DNA of 64,000 nt from Candidatus Hydrogenedentota bacterium (GCA_963745075.1 CAVUWV010000018.1:160001-224000); one strand, 5' to 3'; counted from the stretch's first letter, positions 10,034-21,905 are shown. Made by a program: numbers and translations. The notes: generated by a model not told the origin, from the letters alone.

Positions 10034-12673
10034 GTGAGAAGTGATGATATCCGTGCCAGTTTTCTGGAGTTTTTCCGGGAACGCGGGCACACGGTGGAAC
10101 GCAGCGACAAGCTGGTGCCAGGCAACGACCCGACCCTGCTGTTCACGAGCGCGGGGATGGTGCAATTCAAGCCGTACTACACGGGCGAGGTGCCTGTGCC
10201 CTATCGCCGGGCAGCGACGTCGCAGAAGTGCCTGCGCGCCGGCGGCAAGGCGAACGATCTCGACGAAGTCGGCAAGACGGCTCGTCACTTGACGTTCTTC
10301 GAGATGCTGGGCAACTTCTCTTTTGGCGACTATTTCAAGCAGGAAGCCATCGCCTGGGGATGGGAATACTCGACGGAGTTGCTCAAAATTCCTGCCGACC
10401 GAATCTGGATTTCGGTGTTCGAAGATGACGACGAAGCCGCCGAGATCTGGGAGAAAGAGGCCGGGGTTCCGGCGTCGCGAATCGTCCGGCTCGGCGCGAA
10501 AGAGAACTTCTGGGGACCGGCCGGCGATACAGGCGCCTGCGGACCTTGTTCGGAATTGCACTACGACCGTGGCGAGGCCTGGGGTTGTGGCCGCGCAGAC
10601 TGCGCGCCGGGCTGCGATCACTGTGAACGCTACCTGGAATACTGGAATCTGGTGTTCCCCCAATTCGACCAGCAGCCGGACGGGTCGCGTCCGCCGCTGA
10701 AGAATCGCGGAATCGACACGGGAATGGGCCTCGAACGCCTCGCCGCGCTGTTGCAGGACGAGGAAACCGTTTTCGACACAGACGGCATTTTCCCCATCAT
10801 CGAATCGACGCAGGCCTTGACGAAGGCCAAGTACAAGGACAATCCGGCTCCGTTTCGCGTAATCGCCGACCATGCGCGGGCGCTATCGTTTCTGATTGCG
10901 GACGGCGTGTTGCCCGGTAATGAAGGCCGCGGATACGTCGAGCGCCGTCTGTTGCGCCGTGCCGCGCGTTTCGGCCGCGAATTGGGACTGGAAAATCCGT
11001 TCCTGCATCAGGTCGCCCAGACGGTCATCGAGAAGATGGGCCACCACTATCCGGAACTCGTCGAGAGCCGCATTCAGATCGAGAAGATCATCCTCACTGA
11101 GGAGCAGCGCTTCCAAAGTACGCTGGCACGCGGTATGGATCTGCTTGAGGATGCCTTCGGCAAGCTCGACACGCGTGGTTCGAAGATCGTCCCGGGCGAG
11201 GAGCTGTTTCGCCTGCACGACACCTACGGGTTCCCGCTAGACCTGGCGACTGATATCGCGACGGATCGAGGTTACGAAGTGGACCGCGAAGGTTTCGAAA
11301 CGGCGATGGCACATCAACGGCAACAGGCGCGCAGCGCCTGGGCCGGCAGCGGCGAGCAGGCCCTTGCGCCGGTTTACCGGGTCATTCACGAGAAAGCGGG
11401 TGACACGGAGTTCGTCGGATACGAGGCATTTCAGTCGAGATCCAGGATCCTCGCTATTGTCCAGGATGGAAAAGAAGTCGATGCGTTGTCTGTGGACAAA
11501 GAAGGCGAAATTATCCTGGACAGGACGCCTTTCTACGCCGAATCGGGCGGCCAGATCGGCGACGTGGGGACGCTGGACAGCGCGGAGGGCAGCGCCCACA
11601 TCTCCACCGCGAAAGCATTGGTCGGCAAGATGACGGTGCACTACGCCCGCGCCACGATGGGCGGTCTCAAAGTCGGCGACACGGTCGAGGCGCAAGTCGA
11701 TCTGGATGCGCGTACCGCCACGCAAGCGCACCACACGGCAACGCACCTCTTGCAGGCAGCACTGCAAAACATTCTGGGGGACCACGTGCAGCAGGCCGGA
11801 TCTTTGGTTACCCCCGAGCGGCTACGGTTCGACTTCACCCATTTTGAAGGCATCGACAGCGAACGGCTGCTGGATATCGAGCGCATGGTGAACCAATTCA
11901 TTCGGACGGATACGCCGCTTTCGATTACGCACATGCCGTTGGCGGAGGCCCGGGCGGCCGGCGCCATGGCCTTGTTCGGCGAGAAGTACGCGGACGTGGT
12001 TCGCGTTGTAAAGGTTGGCGACATCAGCATGGAATTGTGCGGCGGCACGCATGTCCCGAGCACGGGCGTCATCGGGTGTTTCACGGTGGTCAGCGAATCC
12101 TCCATTTCGGCGGGCGTGCGGCGCATCGAGGCCGTGTGCGCGGAACCCTGCATCGAGGTCTGGCAGGCACGCGAGCGCGCCTTGGCCCACACCGCGCAAC
12201 TACTGAATGCCGGCGCGGATCAATTGGAAGCGCGCGTCAAAGCGCTCATGGAAGAAAACCGAAAGCTCCAGCGCGAGGTGGCGAAATGGAAACAGGCCGC
12301 CGCAACGGGCGGCTCGGTGGACTATACGTCCCAGATCCAGGACGTCGACGGGCTCAAAGTGCTTGCCACGGAAGTCGATGGGCAGGACGCGGAAGGTCTT
12401 CGGCTGGTCATGGACAAGCTGCGGGAGCGGGTGCCCTCGGGCGTGGTCGTTCTCGGAAGCGCCGCCGAGGGCAAGGCTTCCTTGTGTGTGGCGGTGTCGA
12501 AAGATTTGACGGGTAAGATTAAGGCCGGCGACATCGTCAAACGCCTCGCGCCGATGGTGGGTGGCGGCGGTGGCGGCCGGCCCGACATGGCCCAGGCCGG
12601 CGGGAAGCAGCCGGATAACGTGCCGGAAGCCATTCGCATGACTCCCAGCGTCATCAAAGAACTGATCGGGTAA
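10034..12673 (+). CDS. alaS: Alanine--tRNA ligase
   Basis: DPTLLFTSAGM, HLTFFEMLGNFSFGDYFK, DTGMGLER, HHTATHLL, ELCGGTH, GGGGGRPDMAQAGG. GTG start at 10034. Confidence 0.98.
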   Translation: MRSDDIRASFLEFFRERGHTVERSDKLVPGNDPTLLFTSAGMVQFKPYYTGEVPVPYRRAATSQKCLRAGGKANDLDEVGKTARHLTFFEMLGNFSFGDYFKQEAIAWGWEYSTELLKIPADRIWISVFEDDDEAAEIWEKEAGVPASRIVRLGAKENFWGPAGDTGACGPCSELHYDRGEAWGCGRADCAPGCDHCERYLEYWNLVFPQFDQQPDGSRPPLKNRGIDTGMGLERLAALLQDEETVFDTDGIFPIIESTQALTKAKYKDNPAPFRVIADHARALSFLIADGVLPGNEGRGYVERRLLRRAARFGRELGLENPFLHQVAQTVIEKMGHHYPELVESRIQIEKIILTEEQRFQSTLARGMDLLEDAFGKLDTRGSKIVPGEELFRLHDTYGFPLDLATDIATDRGYEVDREGFETAMAHQRQQARSAWAGSGEQALAPVYRVIHEKAGDTEFVGYEAFQSRSRILAIVQDGKEVDALSVDKEGEIILDRTPFYAESGGQIGDVGTLDSAEGSAHISTAKALVGKMTVHYARATMGGLKVGDTVEAQVDLDARTATQAHHTATHLLQAALQNILGDHVQQAGSLVTPERLRFDFTHFEGIDSERLLDIERMVNQFIRTDTPLSITHMPLAEARAAGAMALFGEKYADVVRVVKVGDISMELCGGTHVPSTGVIGCFTVVSESSISAGVRRIEAVCAEPCIEVWQARERALAHTAQLLNAGADQLEARVKALMEENRKLQREVAKWKQAAATGGSVDYTSQIQDVDGLKVLATEVDGQDAEGLRLVMDKLRERVPSGVVVLGSAAEGKASLCVAVSKDLTGKIKAGDIVKRLAPMVGGGGGGRPDMAQAGGKQPDNVPEAIRMTPSVIKELIG

Positions 12674-12677
12674 TCTC

Positions 12678-13121
12678 GTGGACGATGGACGCATCATGGG
12701 TCTGGACGTGGGAGACGTGCGAACGGGTGTGGCCTTGAGCGACCCGATGGGTATCATCGCGCAGGCCCATTCCGTGATCGACGCGAACCCTCCCGAAGGG
12801 GCGGTGGACGCCATATCCAAGATCGTGGACGAGCAGACCGTCATCGAAGTGGTCGTGGGGCTGCCCTTGAATCAGCGGGGGGAGCGCGGACCGCAGGCTG
12901 AAAAAGTCATGACGTTTGTCGAGCTTCTGCGCGGAAAGCTTTCGGTCGAGGTTCGCACGATTGACGAGCGATTCACCACGGCCGGTGCGGAACGTTTCCT
13001 GATCGCGGCTGGCGTCAAACGCAAGGGCCGCAAGAAGGTCATCGACAAAGTTGCGGCGCAGCAGATCCTGCAAACCTACCTGGACCGGCGGAGCCGGTTG
13101 CAGGCACCCTCGGACGGATGA
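12678..13121 (+). CDS. ruvX: Holliday junction resolvase-like protein RuvX/YqgF
   Basis: GLDVGDVRTGVALSD, VVGLP, DERFTT, IDKVAAQQILQ. Follows alaS. Confidence 0.95.
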   Translation: MDDGRIMGLDVGDVRTGVALSDPMGIIAQAHSVIDANPPEGAVDAISKIVDEQTVIEVVVGLPLNQRGERGPQAEKVMTFVELLRGKLSVEVRTIDERFTTAGAERFLIAAGVKRKGRKKVIDKVAAQQILQTYLDRRSRLQAPSDG

Positions 13122-14260
13122 GCGAAGCAACACTGCAAGAATCCCCCAAACGCGGGCGCCGTTCGTGCCTCGGGTTGTTCGTGCGAACGGTAATCTACAG
13201 CGCCGCTTTGGTGGTGCTGCTGGCCGCAGTCGGCGCCTTGGGCGCCTATATGGTATACGACCACGTCACTCGCCCGGGGGTCGGCGGAGCTGCGGTGAAG
13301 CTGGAAGTGCCGGAGGGCGAAACCGGCGCGCAGGTTGGCGAGCTGTTGGCCCGGGAAGGATTGGTGTATCACCCCTGGTTCTTTCGTCTGGCGATCCGGT
13401 TGGACAAATCGGGCAAATCGATCAAGCACGGAACCTACGAACTTCAGCACGGCCTCTCCCCCACCCAATTACTGCACCGGCTCCAGGAAGGGCCGGACAT
13501 CAACGTGTCGGAGTACAGGCTCACCATCCCCGAAGGGCTGACCCTTCAGCAGATGGCGGAATTATTTGACGACCCCCAGGCGTTTCTTGCGGCGGCGCGG
13601 GACCCGGCCCGCATCGCAACCTTGGGAATCTCGGCCCCGACCCTCGAGGGGTTTCTCATGCCGAATACGTATTTCTTCGCCGAGAAACCCGCCGAAGCTG
13701 ACGTGGTCGACCGCATGTTGCACCACTTCCAAGAGGAATACGCCCGTTTGGTCGCAGAGATTCCCGGCGCCACGACGCGGGATTTGATGGAAGTGGTCAC
13801 GGTGGCGTCGCTGGTGGAGGAGGAGTCGCGCGTCGAAGAAGAACGGCCGCTGGTGGCCGCGGTCGTGTTCAATCGCATCAAAGCGGGCATGCCGCTCGAC
13901 ATGGACTCCACGCTCCAGTACGCGCTCACCAAATACGGCCAGCGGCTGCTGGATCGTGACAAAGAGGTCGATTCTCCTTACAATACCTACCGCAACGCCG
14001 GATTGCCGCCGGGTCCGATTTCCAATCCGGGAGTCGCATCGTTGCGCGCGGCGCTGCAACCGGCGGATGTGAACTACTTGTATTTTGTGTCCAATGCAGA
14101 CGGCAAGACGCATACCTTCAGCGCGACGCTGACCGAACACAACCGGGCGGTCGCGCGATTTCGCCGCGAGATTGCGGCACAGCGCCTCGAACAGAAGAAA
14201 CAGGAAAACAATGCCGAGCAAACCGACAAGACGGAAGAAACACCCACTGTTGCCCCGTAA
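13118..14260 (+). CDS. mltG: Endolytic transglycosylase MltG
   Basis: TIPEG, LEGFLMPNTY, ASLVEEE, SPYNTY..GLPPGPISNPG, YLYFV. Confidence 0.95.
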   Translation: MSEATLQESPKRGRRSCLGLFVRTVIYSAALVVLLAAVGALGAYMVYDHVTRPGVGGAAVKLEVPEGETGAQVGELLAREGLVYHPWFFRLAIRLDKSGKSIKHGTYELQHGLSPTQLLHRLQEGPDINVSEYRLTIPEGLTLQQMAELFDDPQAFLAAARDPARIATLGISAPTLEGFLMPNTYFFAEKPAEADVVDRMLHHFQEEYARLVAEIPGATTRDLMEVVTVASLVEEESRVEEERPLVAAVVFNRIKAGMPLDMDSTLQYALTKYGQRLLDRDKEVDSPYNTYRNAGLPPGPISNPGVASLRAALQPADVNYLYFVSNADGKTHTFSATLTEHNRAVARFRREIAAQRLEQKKQENNAEQTDKTEETPTVAP

Positions 14261-15023
14261 CCGGGTGATGGTCGCAGTGACCAATCACGTCGACTACGAG
14301 CTGAAATGCGCGCGGGACTACGGTCTGGGCTGCGAAGTCCAGATGTTCGGGCTTCCCGAGTATCTGTCCGTCGATTCGACGCCGGTTCTGAAGCGCATGA
14401 TCAAGCGCGTCGCGGCGATTAAAGGGCCCATTGGGTGTCACGGCCCGTTTATCGACATGATTCACTACAGTTCCGACCCGGAGATTATGGAGGTGTGCCG
14501 GCTGCGGTATTTGCAGGCCTTCGACGTTGCGGAGGCGTTGGGCGCCCGGTACCTGTTGTTTCACAGTCAATACAACCCCATCATTCGGGTGCCGGTGTAT
14601 CCGGAGGTCTACCATGAGTATAGTCTCCGGTTCTGGCCCGAGATTGTCGAAGAGGCCGAAGAGCGCAAGATTCCCGTCTACGTTGAAAACATGTTCGATG
14701 ACACGCCGGACCCGATCTGCCGGGTTGCGGAGAGTCTGAATTCGCCCTGGTTCAAGCTGTGCCTCGATGTGGCGCACGCAGACATTCATTCGGATTTGGA
14801 TATCGGCGCGTGGATCGACGCGTACGGCGATTTCCTGTGCCACGTGCATCTCAACGATTGTCATGGCGTGCTGGACGATCATCTGGGTCTGGGACAGGGC
14901 GTCCTCGATATTCCGCGCGTGATTGCCAAGCTCAAGGCGACGGGGTTGCCGCTGACCTATGCTCTGGAGACCGGCAAACACACGGTGGCAAGTCTACGGT
15001 ACCTGCAGATTGCCAAGCGATAA
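14211..15023 (+). CDS. Sugar phosphate isomerase/epimerase family (xylose isomerase-like TIM barrel)
   Basis: HGPF, VENM, CLDVAHA, HVHLND, DDHLGLGQG. Confidence 0.85.
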   Translation: MPSKPTRRKKHPLLPRNRVMVAVTNHVDYELKCARDYGLGCEVQMFGLPEYLSVDSTPVLKRMIKRVAAIKGPIGCHGPFIDMIHYSSDPEIMEVCRLRYLQAFDVAEALGARYLLFHSQYNPIIRVPVYPEVYHEYSLRFWPEIVEEAEERKIPVYVENMFDDTPDPICRVAESLNSPWFKLCLDVAHADIHSDLDIGAWIDAYGDFLCHVHLNDCHGVLDDHLGLGQGVLDIPRVIAKLKATGLPLTYALETGKHTVASLRYLQIAKR

Positions 15024-15035
15024 CTGACATCGTTC

Positions 15036-15491
15036 GTGACGCAAGGACCCACCGCCATGGAATCGGCCGAAGACCTTCGTCAATTGCTCATCGGGCTGAT
15101 GGTCGGCTTGACGACTATCGGTATCGTCAATTCCCTATGGTTTGGATGGCACTTGCGCGAATATGTGTATTCGACGCCTCGAATCGAAACCTATCGCGAC
15201 CTGGATCGATTCAAAGGAATCGTGTCGACTCAAATGTACGTAACGCTGGCCCAGCTCGCGTTTCTGATCCTGCCGTACGCGGTATTGGCGCTTGGGTTCT
15301 TCTGGTTCAAGGTTCTCGATAAGTCCGACGTCGTCTACCTGCTGGTCCCGTCCGTGATATTCGTCGCAGTGGGACTTTACTTCAAGCGTATTGAAGACAA
15401 GGCAACCGAACTACCGGTGGCGGGCGAATTCCGGGATGAATTTCGGCAAGTGGTCAAATCGTGGACGGAGGATCGATTGCCAAACTGGTAG
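15036..15491 (+). CDS. Hypothetical membrane protein (about 3 TM helices)
   Basis: Hydrophobic helices; co-oriented with the alaS cluster. Confidence 0.7.
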   Translation: MTQGPTAMESAEDLRQLLIGLMVGLTTIGIVNSLWFGWHLREYVYSTPRIETYRDLDRFKGIVSTQMYVTLAQLAFLILPYAVLALGFFWFKVLDKSDVVYLLVPSVIFVAVGLYFKRIEDKATELPVAGEFRDEFRQVVKSWTEDRLPNW

Positions 15492-17846
15492 CTACCCCTG
15501 GGGATCGGTCTCATCGGGTTCGTCTCGTGCATCGGCCGCAGTCGCATTCAGGGTACGGCGGACCTGCGTGCAGAGTGTCAGCGGTGTAAACGGTTTCTGG
15601 ACGAACACGGCTTTCCTGCCGACCGGTCCCTGGAACAGCGCGGCGGTTCCCGTGTAACCCGACATGAATATCACGCGAATATCGGGCCGCTGGCGTCGAA
15701 TCGCGTCGGCGATCTCGGGGCCGGAGAGTCCGGGTACCACGACGTTTGTTAGCAGCAGGTGAACCGGGTCGGGATAACACTCGGAAACGCGCAGCGCACC
15801 GTCTCCCGTCCGCGATTCGAGAACGGTATACCCCTGTTCCTTCAGGATGCGTTTTGTCAATAGCCGCACGCCATCGTCATCTTCCACTACCAGAATCGTT
15901 TCATCGCCGGAGATTGGGACCTTTTGCGGCGCGGTCTCCGTGCTGCGTTCGGCCGCGTCATCAATGCGGGGAAGATAGATCTTGAAGGTCGTTCCCTTTT
16001 CCGGTTCACTGTAGACGGTCACATTTCCGCCGCTCTGTTTGATGATGCCGTACACTGTCGAAAGGCCCAGACCGGTGCCCTTGCCCTCGGGTTTCGTGGT
16101 GAAAAACGGCTCAAAGATCCGCGCGCTGATTTTTTCGTCCATACCACACCCGTTGTCGCTCATCGCGACGGACACGTAAGGCCCGGGGCGCACGTTCAGA
16201 TTTTCCCGGGCATAGGCGGCGCCCAGATCGACATTGGCCGTTTCGATGGTGAGTTTCCCGCCACCGGGCATCGCATCGCGCGCGTTGACGGCGAGATTCA
16301 CGATCACCTGTTCGATTTGACCGGGGTCTGCTTTTACCTTGCCTACGTCGGGCGCGAGTTTGGTGACCAGATCGATGTCTTCACCGATCAATCGTCGCAT
16401 CAACTTCTCGAGTTCTAGAACCGTATGATTGACGTCGAGCACGACGGGTTGCAGGATTTGGCGGCGGCTGAAGGCCAGTAGTTGACGCGTTAAGGCCGCG
16501 GCGCGCTCGCCCGCTTTGTGGATCATCTGCAGATCGTCGGCAACGGGATGTTCCTCGCCCAGGGTCGACGCGGCGAAGTCGGAGTACCCGAGGATGGCGG
16601 AAAGGAGATTGTTAAAATCATGGGCGATGCCGCCGGCCAACTGCCCAATCGCTTCCATTTTCTGAGCCTGAAGGAACTGGCCTTCGAGTTCACGCAGGGC
16701 GGTTTCGTCGATCAGGTACCCCCGAATCTCCGTCAACCGCTGGTTCTCATCGTAGGTGCCGATCACATTGCCCACGACGCTCAATTCACGCCCCTGCAAG
16801 GTCCGCATGCTGAGCCGGTGATGTTCGAGCCGTTTCTTCTTTCCAAGGGCTTCGAGCAAATCGTTCCAGTCGTCGGGAAGCATCAAGTACTCGGACAGAC
16901 CTCGACCCCTGGCCCGTTCGACCGTTTCCGTTTCAAACATGTTCACGAACGAAGAATTGCAGTCGATCACTTTTCCTTCGGGGCAACACAGGAAATCTGC
17001 GGCGAAGTCTTCCTCAAAGAATCGGCGATAGCGCTCCTCGGCGGCGCGAATCTGTGTAATCTCATGATGGGACACGATGGCCCCACCATCGGGCGAATCC
17101 AGGGCCGAAACCGTCATGACGAACCATTGCCGCTCGCCACTGGCATTCCGGGACTCATATTCGATTTCGAAGGTGGTCTGGCGCTTTTCGAGCACGGCCC
17201 GGAGTTTCGACCCCGCGTCCGAAGGATAGGCAGCCCGGCCGATCGATACTGCTTTTTCCAATGCGGCAACGTAGTCCTCTCCGATGCCGGTTTCGGTGAG
17301 GCCGGCATTCCGTTGCGCGGCGGCGAACTCGCGCCACGCGTCGTTTACGGTTAGAATCCGGCCGTCCCAGGCGAGCACCGCGATGCGGTCGGGAAGCGAT
17401 CGCAAGACGCTTTGAAGGAGCGCATCCCTTTCGCGGACGGCCGCTTCACTTTCCCGCTGCGCGACCACGCGATCGCGCAACTCGAGTGCGCTGCGGAGCG
17501 AGGGCCCGAGCCGGACAAGCTGTTCTTTCAATACATAGTCGGCCACGCCCAGCTTCATGCAGCGAACGGCTGTTTCTTCGTCAATGGACGCGGTGACGAT
17601 GATAAATGGAACGCCCGGCGACGTTTCCCGAGCCAGTTCAAACGCTTCCAGCCCCGAGATATCCGGCAGGTTGTAGTCGGACAAGATTACGTCTGGAGCC
17701 TCGCGAGACAGAGCATCCTCATAGGCCTTCCGAGCGGCGACGTGTGTGATGGACACGTCCAGTCCGTCACGACGAAGCGAACGTTCAATGAGTTCTGCGT
17801 CCGTAGCGACGTCTTCCAACAACACCAATCGAATCGGCTTGTTCAT
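15492..17846 (-). CDS. Hybrid sensor histidine kinase (REC-PAS-PAS-HisKA-HATPase-REC)
   Basis: N-terminal REC (ILSDYNLP), H-box [38 protein letters not shown]-terminal REC. Confidence 0.93.
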   Translation of the reverse strand: MNKPIRLVLLEDVATDAELIERSLRRDGLDVSITHVAARKAYEDALSREAPDVILSDYNLPDISGLEAFELARETSPGVPFIIVTASIDEETAVRCMKLGVADYVLKEQLVRLGPSLRSALELRDRVVAQRESEAAVRERDALLQSVLRSLPDRIAVLAWDGRILTVNDAWREFAAAQRNAGLTETGIGEDYVAALEKAVSIGRAAYPSDAGSKLRAVLEKRQTTFEIEYESRNASGERQWFVMTVSALDSPDGGAIVSHHEITQIRAAEERYRRFFEEDFAADFLCCPEGKVIDCNSSFVNMFETETVERARGRGLSEYLMLPDDWNDLLEALGKKKRLEHHRLSMRTLQGRELSVVGNVIGTYDENQRLTEIRGYLIDETALRELEGQFLQAQKMEAIGQLAGGIAHDFNNLLSAILGYSDFAASTLGEEHPVADDLQMIHKAGERAAALTRQLLAFSRRQILQPVVLDVNHTVLELEKLMRRLIGEDIDLVTKLAPDVGKVKADPGQIEQVIVNLAVNARDAMPGGGKLTIETANVDLGAAYARENLNVRPGPYVSVAMSDNGCGMDEKISARIFEPFFTTKPEGKGTGLGLSTVYGIIKQSGGNVTVYSEPEKGTTFKIYLPRIDDAAERSTETAPQKVPISGDETILVVEDDDGVRLLTKRILKEQGYTVLESRTGDGALRVSECYPDPVHLLLTNVVVPGLSGPEIADAIRRQRPDIRVIFMSGYTGTAALFQGPVGRKAVFVQKPFTPLTLCTQVRRTLNATAADARDEPDETDPQG

Positions 17847-17921
17847 CAATCGATACATGCCTCGCAAGCGATGCCCGGTTCCCACGCGCCATCGGCCACG
17901 TCACCCTCGATCCGAGAAGTC

Positions 17922-19322
17922 TCAGGAGGCCGACAGCGTCCCTCGACGCTCGCTCGGGGCGGCAAGCGTGAAGTAGAACGTGGCGCCCTGGCCCGGGACA
18001 CTCTCGGCCCACACGTGTCCGCCGTGGCGCTGGACCACATTCTGAACGAGTGCCAATCCCACACCGGATCCCTCAAACTCTTCTTTGCGATGAAGACGTT
18101 GAAATACCTTGAACAACTTGTCGGCGAATTGCATGTCGAAACCGCACCCGTTGTCCCGCACGTAATATGCCACGGCGCCGTTTTGGCGCTGACTTCCCAC
18201 TTGAACGCGCGGTTCGCAAGACTTCGAGCTGAACTTGATCGCGTTGGCGAGGAGATTGGACAAGACTTGGCGCACCGTGGATCGATCGCCATTCGCTTCC
18301 GGGAGGGGATGAATTTCGATGCTGGGCGTCGCCGTATCGAGCCCGATCGTAAGTTCCTCCCAAACTTCTTGGGTCAGCTTCGCCATGTCAACGGGCGCAA
18401 TATCGAGTGCTTGCCGGCCCGCACGGGAGAACGTGAGCAGGTCGTCGATCAGTTGCCCCATCTCTTTCGTGCTGGACCGGACCACGTCCAACAACCGATG
18501 CCCTTCGGGGTTCAAGCTATGGGCATGGTCCTCGATGAGCATCCGCGAATAGCCTTCGATAGCGCGCAGCGGAACCCGGAGATCGTGTGAAACGGAGTAG
18601 GAAAAGGCGTCCAATTGCTCGTTCGACGCGGTGAGGCGCTTGTTGGCGAATTCCAGTTCATCGTTGCTTTCCTGCAACGCCTCCTCGATTCTCCGGCGTA
18701 GTCGCAGATCGCGATGGATCGAGATCCCCGAAAGTACGGCGCACAAGATTGCGAACAACCAACCGGCGGTCACGACGCCCAGCGTACGGATGCCGCCCCG
18801 GGTAGCGGACGCGTTCAGGCCTGCGAGAAGTACGCGCTCGTGCTCTTCGAAGTCGCGGACGATTTGCACGCTGTCATGCATAACCTGTAAGCCGCGTCCT
18901 TGTGATGCCATGGCTTCCACATCATCCGTGCGGCCATCGCGCCGCGCCGCAATCAGTGCGTCGAGAAATGCGAGCTTTTGTTCCACCAATGGTTTGAGTT
19001 GGTGTAACCGCCCGGATTGTTCCGCATCGCCGGCGCTCAGGGTCTGGAGTTCGTTCAAGCGGGCTAGGACGGTGGAACGCCGGTCGTCATATTGGGTCAG
19101 AATGGATTCCGGTCCGCCGAGGGCATACCCACGAGTCTGGCTCTCGAGCCGGAGGAGTTGAATGTGCAGATCTTCGATGGCCCGCAGGACTTCGTACGAG
19201 TGGTTCAACCGCTGGGCGCTATCGAGCAGACTCCACCCGCTCAGGCACGCGGCGCCGCCCAAGGTAATCATGAACCCAAGACCGATGGCGAATCCCAAGT
19301 TAACCTTGCGCTCGGTGGTCAC
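17922..19322 (-). CDS. CHASE3-domain sensor histidine kinase
   Basis: TM-CHASE3 (ESQTRGYAL)-TM, H-box SVSHDLRVPL, NLLANAIKF, FQRLH..EFEGSGVGL. GTG start at 19322. Confidence 0.9.
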   Translation of the reverse strand: MTTERKVNLGFAIGLGFMITLGGAACLSGWSLLDSAQRLNHSYEVLRAIEDLHIQLLRLESQTRGYALGGPESILTQYDDRRSTVLARLNELQTLSAGDAEQSGRLHQLKPLVEQKLAFLDALIAARRDGRTDDVEAMASQGRGLQVMHDSVQIVRDFEEHERVLLAGLNASATRGGIRTLGVVTAGWLFAILCAVLSGISIHRDLRLRRRIEEALQESNDELEFANKRLTASNEQLDAFSYSVSHDLRVPLRAIEGYSRMLIEDHAHSLNPEGHRLLDVVRSSTKEMGQLIDDLLTFSRAGRQALDIAPVDMAKLTQEVWEELTIGLDTATPSIEIHPLPEANGDRSTVRQVLSNLLANAIKFSSKSCEPRVQVGSQRQNGAVAYYVRDNGCGFDMQFADKLFKVFQRLHRKEEFEGSGVGLALVQNVVQRHGGHVWAESVPGQGATFYFTLAAPSERRGTLSAS

Positions 19323-19810
19323 GATTTCACACTCCGGTCCCGTGGCGATACGTGAACCAGCCCACATCGACGATGGGACAGGGCGCGTCACCGAACACGC
19401 CATCCCACGCACGATGCAGCAACGCCCTTCTACCAGAAATATGGTACACTAGGTCCGAAAATGCGTCAAATATTTTCTCATGTATCGTCAGTGTGGCCTC
19501 CGTGCCAGGTATTCGCGCCAGTCGCCCGCCGTCGAGGGCAGTACGCCCGAATCCGAATTGCCATAGACCGATTTGCACAACCGATTTCACGTGCGGCCCG
19601 CCCCCGGCATGACTCTCGAGGAGTACCAGGAGACGCCATTTCAGCCGACACGATACCCTGTCGGTGGGACCTTAAAGCCGCATCAATCTTAATATTATCA
19701 CTACAACAAGTCAACCAATTCTGGTTTAACCGTAGTATAAGACACATAAATTCAATAAAAACACTTTTGTGATTGCACCTTCCCTGAAGCAGATACTCGG
19801 GGGATGGGGA

Positions 19811-21173
19811 TCAAGATTGGCCGGGGGAGTCGTGGGTAATCTGATCGTAGGGGCGGCCGAAGATGTGGGTCGTCCATTCGCGGCCGGATTCCCAATCGAC
19901 TTGGGCGCACTCCCAACCGGAATACAGCGAGATGGCCAAAAGCACACCGAGGAAGATCCATTGCCAAGCGACCCGCAGCCGATTCAGGAAGGGTGCGCCC
20001 ATCAGCAGCAGCATCGGCATGGCGCCGATCAACCAACGGAATCCGTAGGACTCGCCGCCGTAGTTGTTCGTGCGGGTTACGTAGTAGAAGACGATGGTTG
20101 CGGTAACGGCGCCGCCGGCCAGGGTCGACGCGCGCCAGGGCGCCGAGCGGTTGCGTGAGGCCCACAGGATAGCCGCCGGCCCGGCAAGCAGAATGGGGTA
20201 CAAGGAAAAGATGCCGGCTCGTCCTAACAGCATGTGGAAGAGGTAGGTGCCTTTCGGCTCGTTCAACGCGTCGATTCCCATGGGATGACGCCAGTAGGAG
20301 TCTTCGTAAAGGTACGTCTCCTTGCGCATTTGAACGGGCAAGGGGCTTCCGGTCGCGAGAACCATGATGATGAAATGAACGGCCAATGGCAGGAGCGCTC
20401 CCGTCCCCGTCCATAGGACCGTCTTCTTGGGGTATCGCACCAGCAACGCGATCCCGGCAGCGGCAACAAAGGCGGCCATGGGCAGGTCGATCGTTACGGC
20501 AAGGGCACCGGACAATCCGAATGCAGCAAAGCGCCAGGGGGCAGCAGCGAGACGGCCGCTCCCAATTCCGAGGGCGAAATACATGGCCACGACGAGGAGG
20601 CCCGCCGCCGGCACGTGGTTGCTCAGCTTGCCGCTGTATCCCCACAACTGGGTGCCGAATGCAAGCGCAAGCAGGAGAAACGCATGAACGCCGGGTCGAA
20701 TTTGCATCATCGAGAGCGTCTTCGAGAAGAAGATCAGCGCGAGGATATAGCTTCCGCCAACCAACGTTAGGGTCATGACGAACACGATTTGGGGCAGGTC
20801 GGAATCCCGATTCAGGTCCCAGCCCAGCAGCGCATGCATGACCTCGTATTCCCCAGTCATGATCAGGGGGAGTATGGGAGGTTTGCTCGAGATCGAGACG
20901 TCCGTCGCGCACGACGCCATCTGAAAAGATGCCCCGCACCATCACCTTGTCGATTGTCTGGGGTCCGAACGGATTCGGTGTGTCGCCGTCGGGATTGTCG
21001 ATGAACCAGGAGCCGTACTCAGTCAGACTGTAGACGGTAGCCAAGCGGCTGATTGCGTGGTCGCCTTTGACGCCTTCACGCGCTTCTTGAAGCGCGAGTA
21101 GCACGGCGACACCGATGACGGCGTATTCGAAGAGGGTCCAGCCCCAGGCCGTCCGTTCCGGTGCGGGTGTCAT
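19811..21173 (-). CDS. Polytopic membrane protein (possibly GT-C-like), split by a frameshift near 20895
   Basis: The 5' frame SRLATVYSLTEYG...TIDKVMV joins the ISSKPPILP frame if one base is removed from CGTCTCGATC. Many TM helices. Confidence 0.65.
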
Positions 21174-21287
21174 GGGGACTCACGACTCTGTCGTCGCGGC
21201 GGGATACGCGAGGCAGGCATCCACCTGCGTGGCCGCAGTATTACCCGTGGGACGGAAAGTCCCCGCGTCCCCATGTCGGATTGCACG

Positions 21288-21905
21288 TCAGCGCCCCGTA
21301 ATGGTTGACCATGCCCGATTAAACCAGTTCCCTTCCTTCTCTTCTGCGGAGACGGTGCGTTCCACTTCTTCTTTGGCAGGGACCCACTCGCCGTTGACCA
21401 TTTCCTCGGTCTTCTCCGCGACGAAGAGACTTCCGACGCGATGCCAGCGTTGACTGCGGAGTTCGAACGTGAGGGTTTCTTCGCCGGTATCCCGGAGGAA
21501 ATTGGAGTCCGCCACCGCCTCGTCGCGTTTGCGATGGAGTTTGGTGGCGAATCGCTGTTTGGGGAGTTTGACTTGGGCGATGTAGGGAACCGTCCGGGAC
21601 TCCTGTTCCTGGATATCGATCTGCATGTTATCCGCGCCGTCGGGGTAGACCGAATACTCTTTGTAGTAATAGGGTTTGCGCTTGATGACCTGTCCGCGCC
21701 CGTCCTCACTGCCTTCTTCGCGAACGTAATCGCGCACCAAATCCCGCAGTTCCGCTTCGTAGCTATCCTTGGAAACGGTCTCCGAGACCATCGCTTCGGA
21801 CGAGGCGTTGTCGGACTTGTGCCCAAACCGCGCGCAGGCCGGAACCAGCAGAAGGATGAGTGCGAGGGACACCAAATGCATTGGGATGGACTTTGGAATC
21901 GGCAT
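21288..21905 (-). CDS. Putative lipoprotein
   Basis: Signal peptide with lipobox LLLVPAC followed by a hydrophilic body. Confidence 0.7.
   Translation of the reverse strand: MPIPKSIPMHLVSLALILLLVPACARFGHKSDNASSEAMVSETVSKDSYEAELRDLVRDYVREEGSEDGRGQVIKRKPYYYKEYSVYPDGADNMQIDIQEQESRTVPYIAQVKLPKQRFATKLHRKRDEAVADSNFLRDTGEETLTFELRSQRWHRVGSLFVAEKTEEMVNGEWVPAKEEVERTVSAEEKEGNWFNRAWSTITGR

Noticed and set aside
19752..20890. C-terminal part of the 473-aa ORF 19752..21173
   Set aside because: Out-of-frame read-through after the frameshift near 20895. The real protein continues in the 19811 frame.
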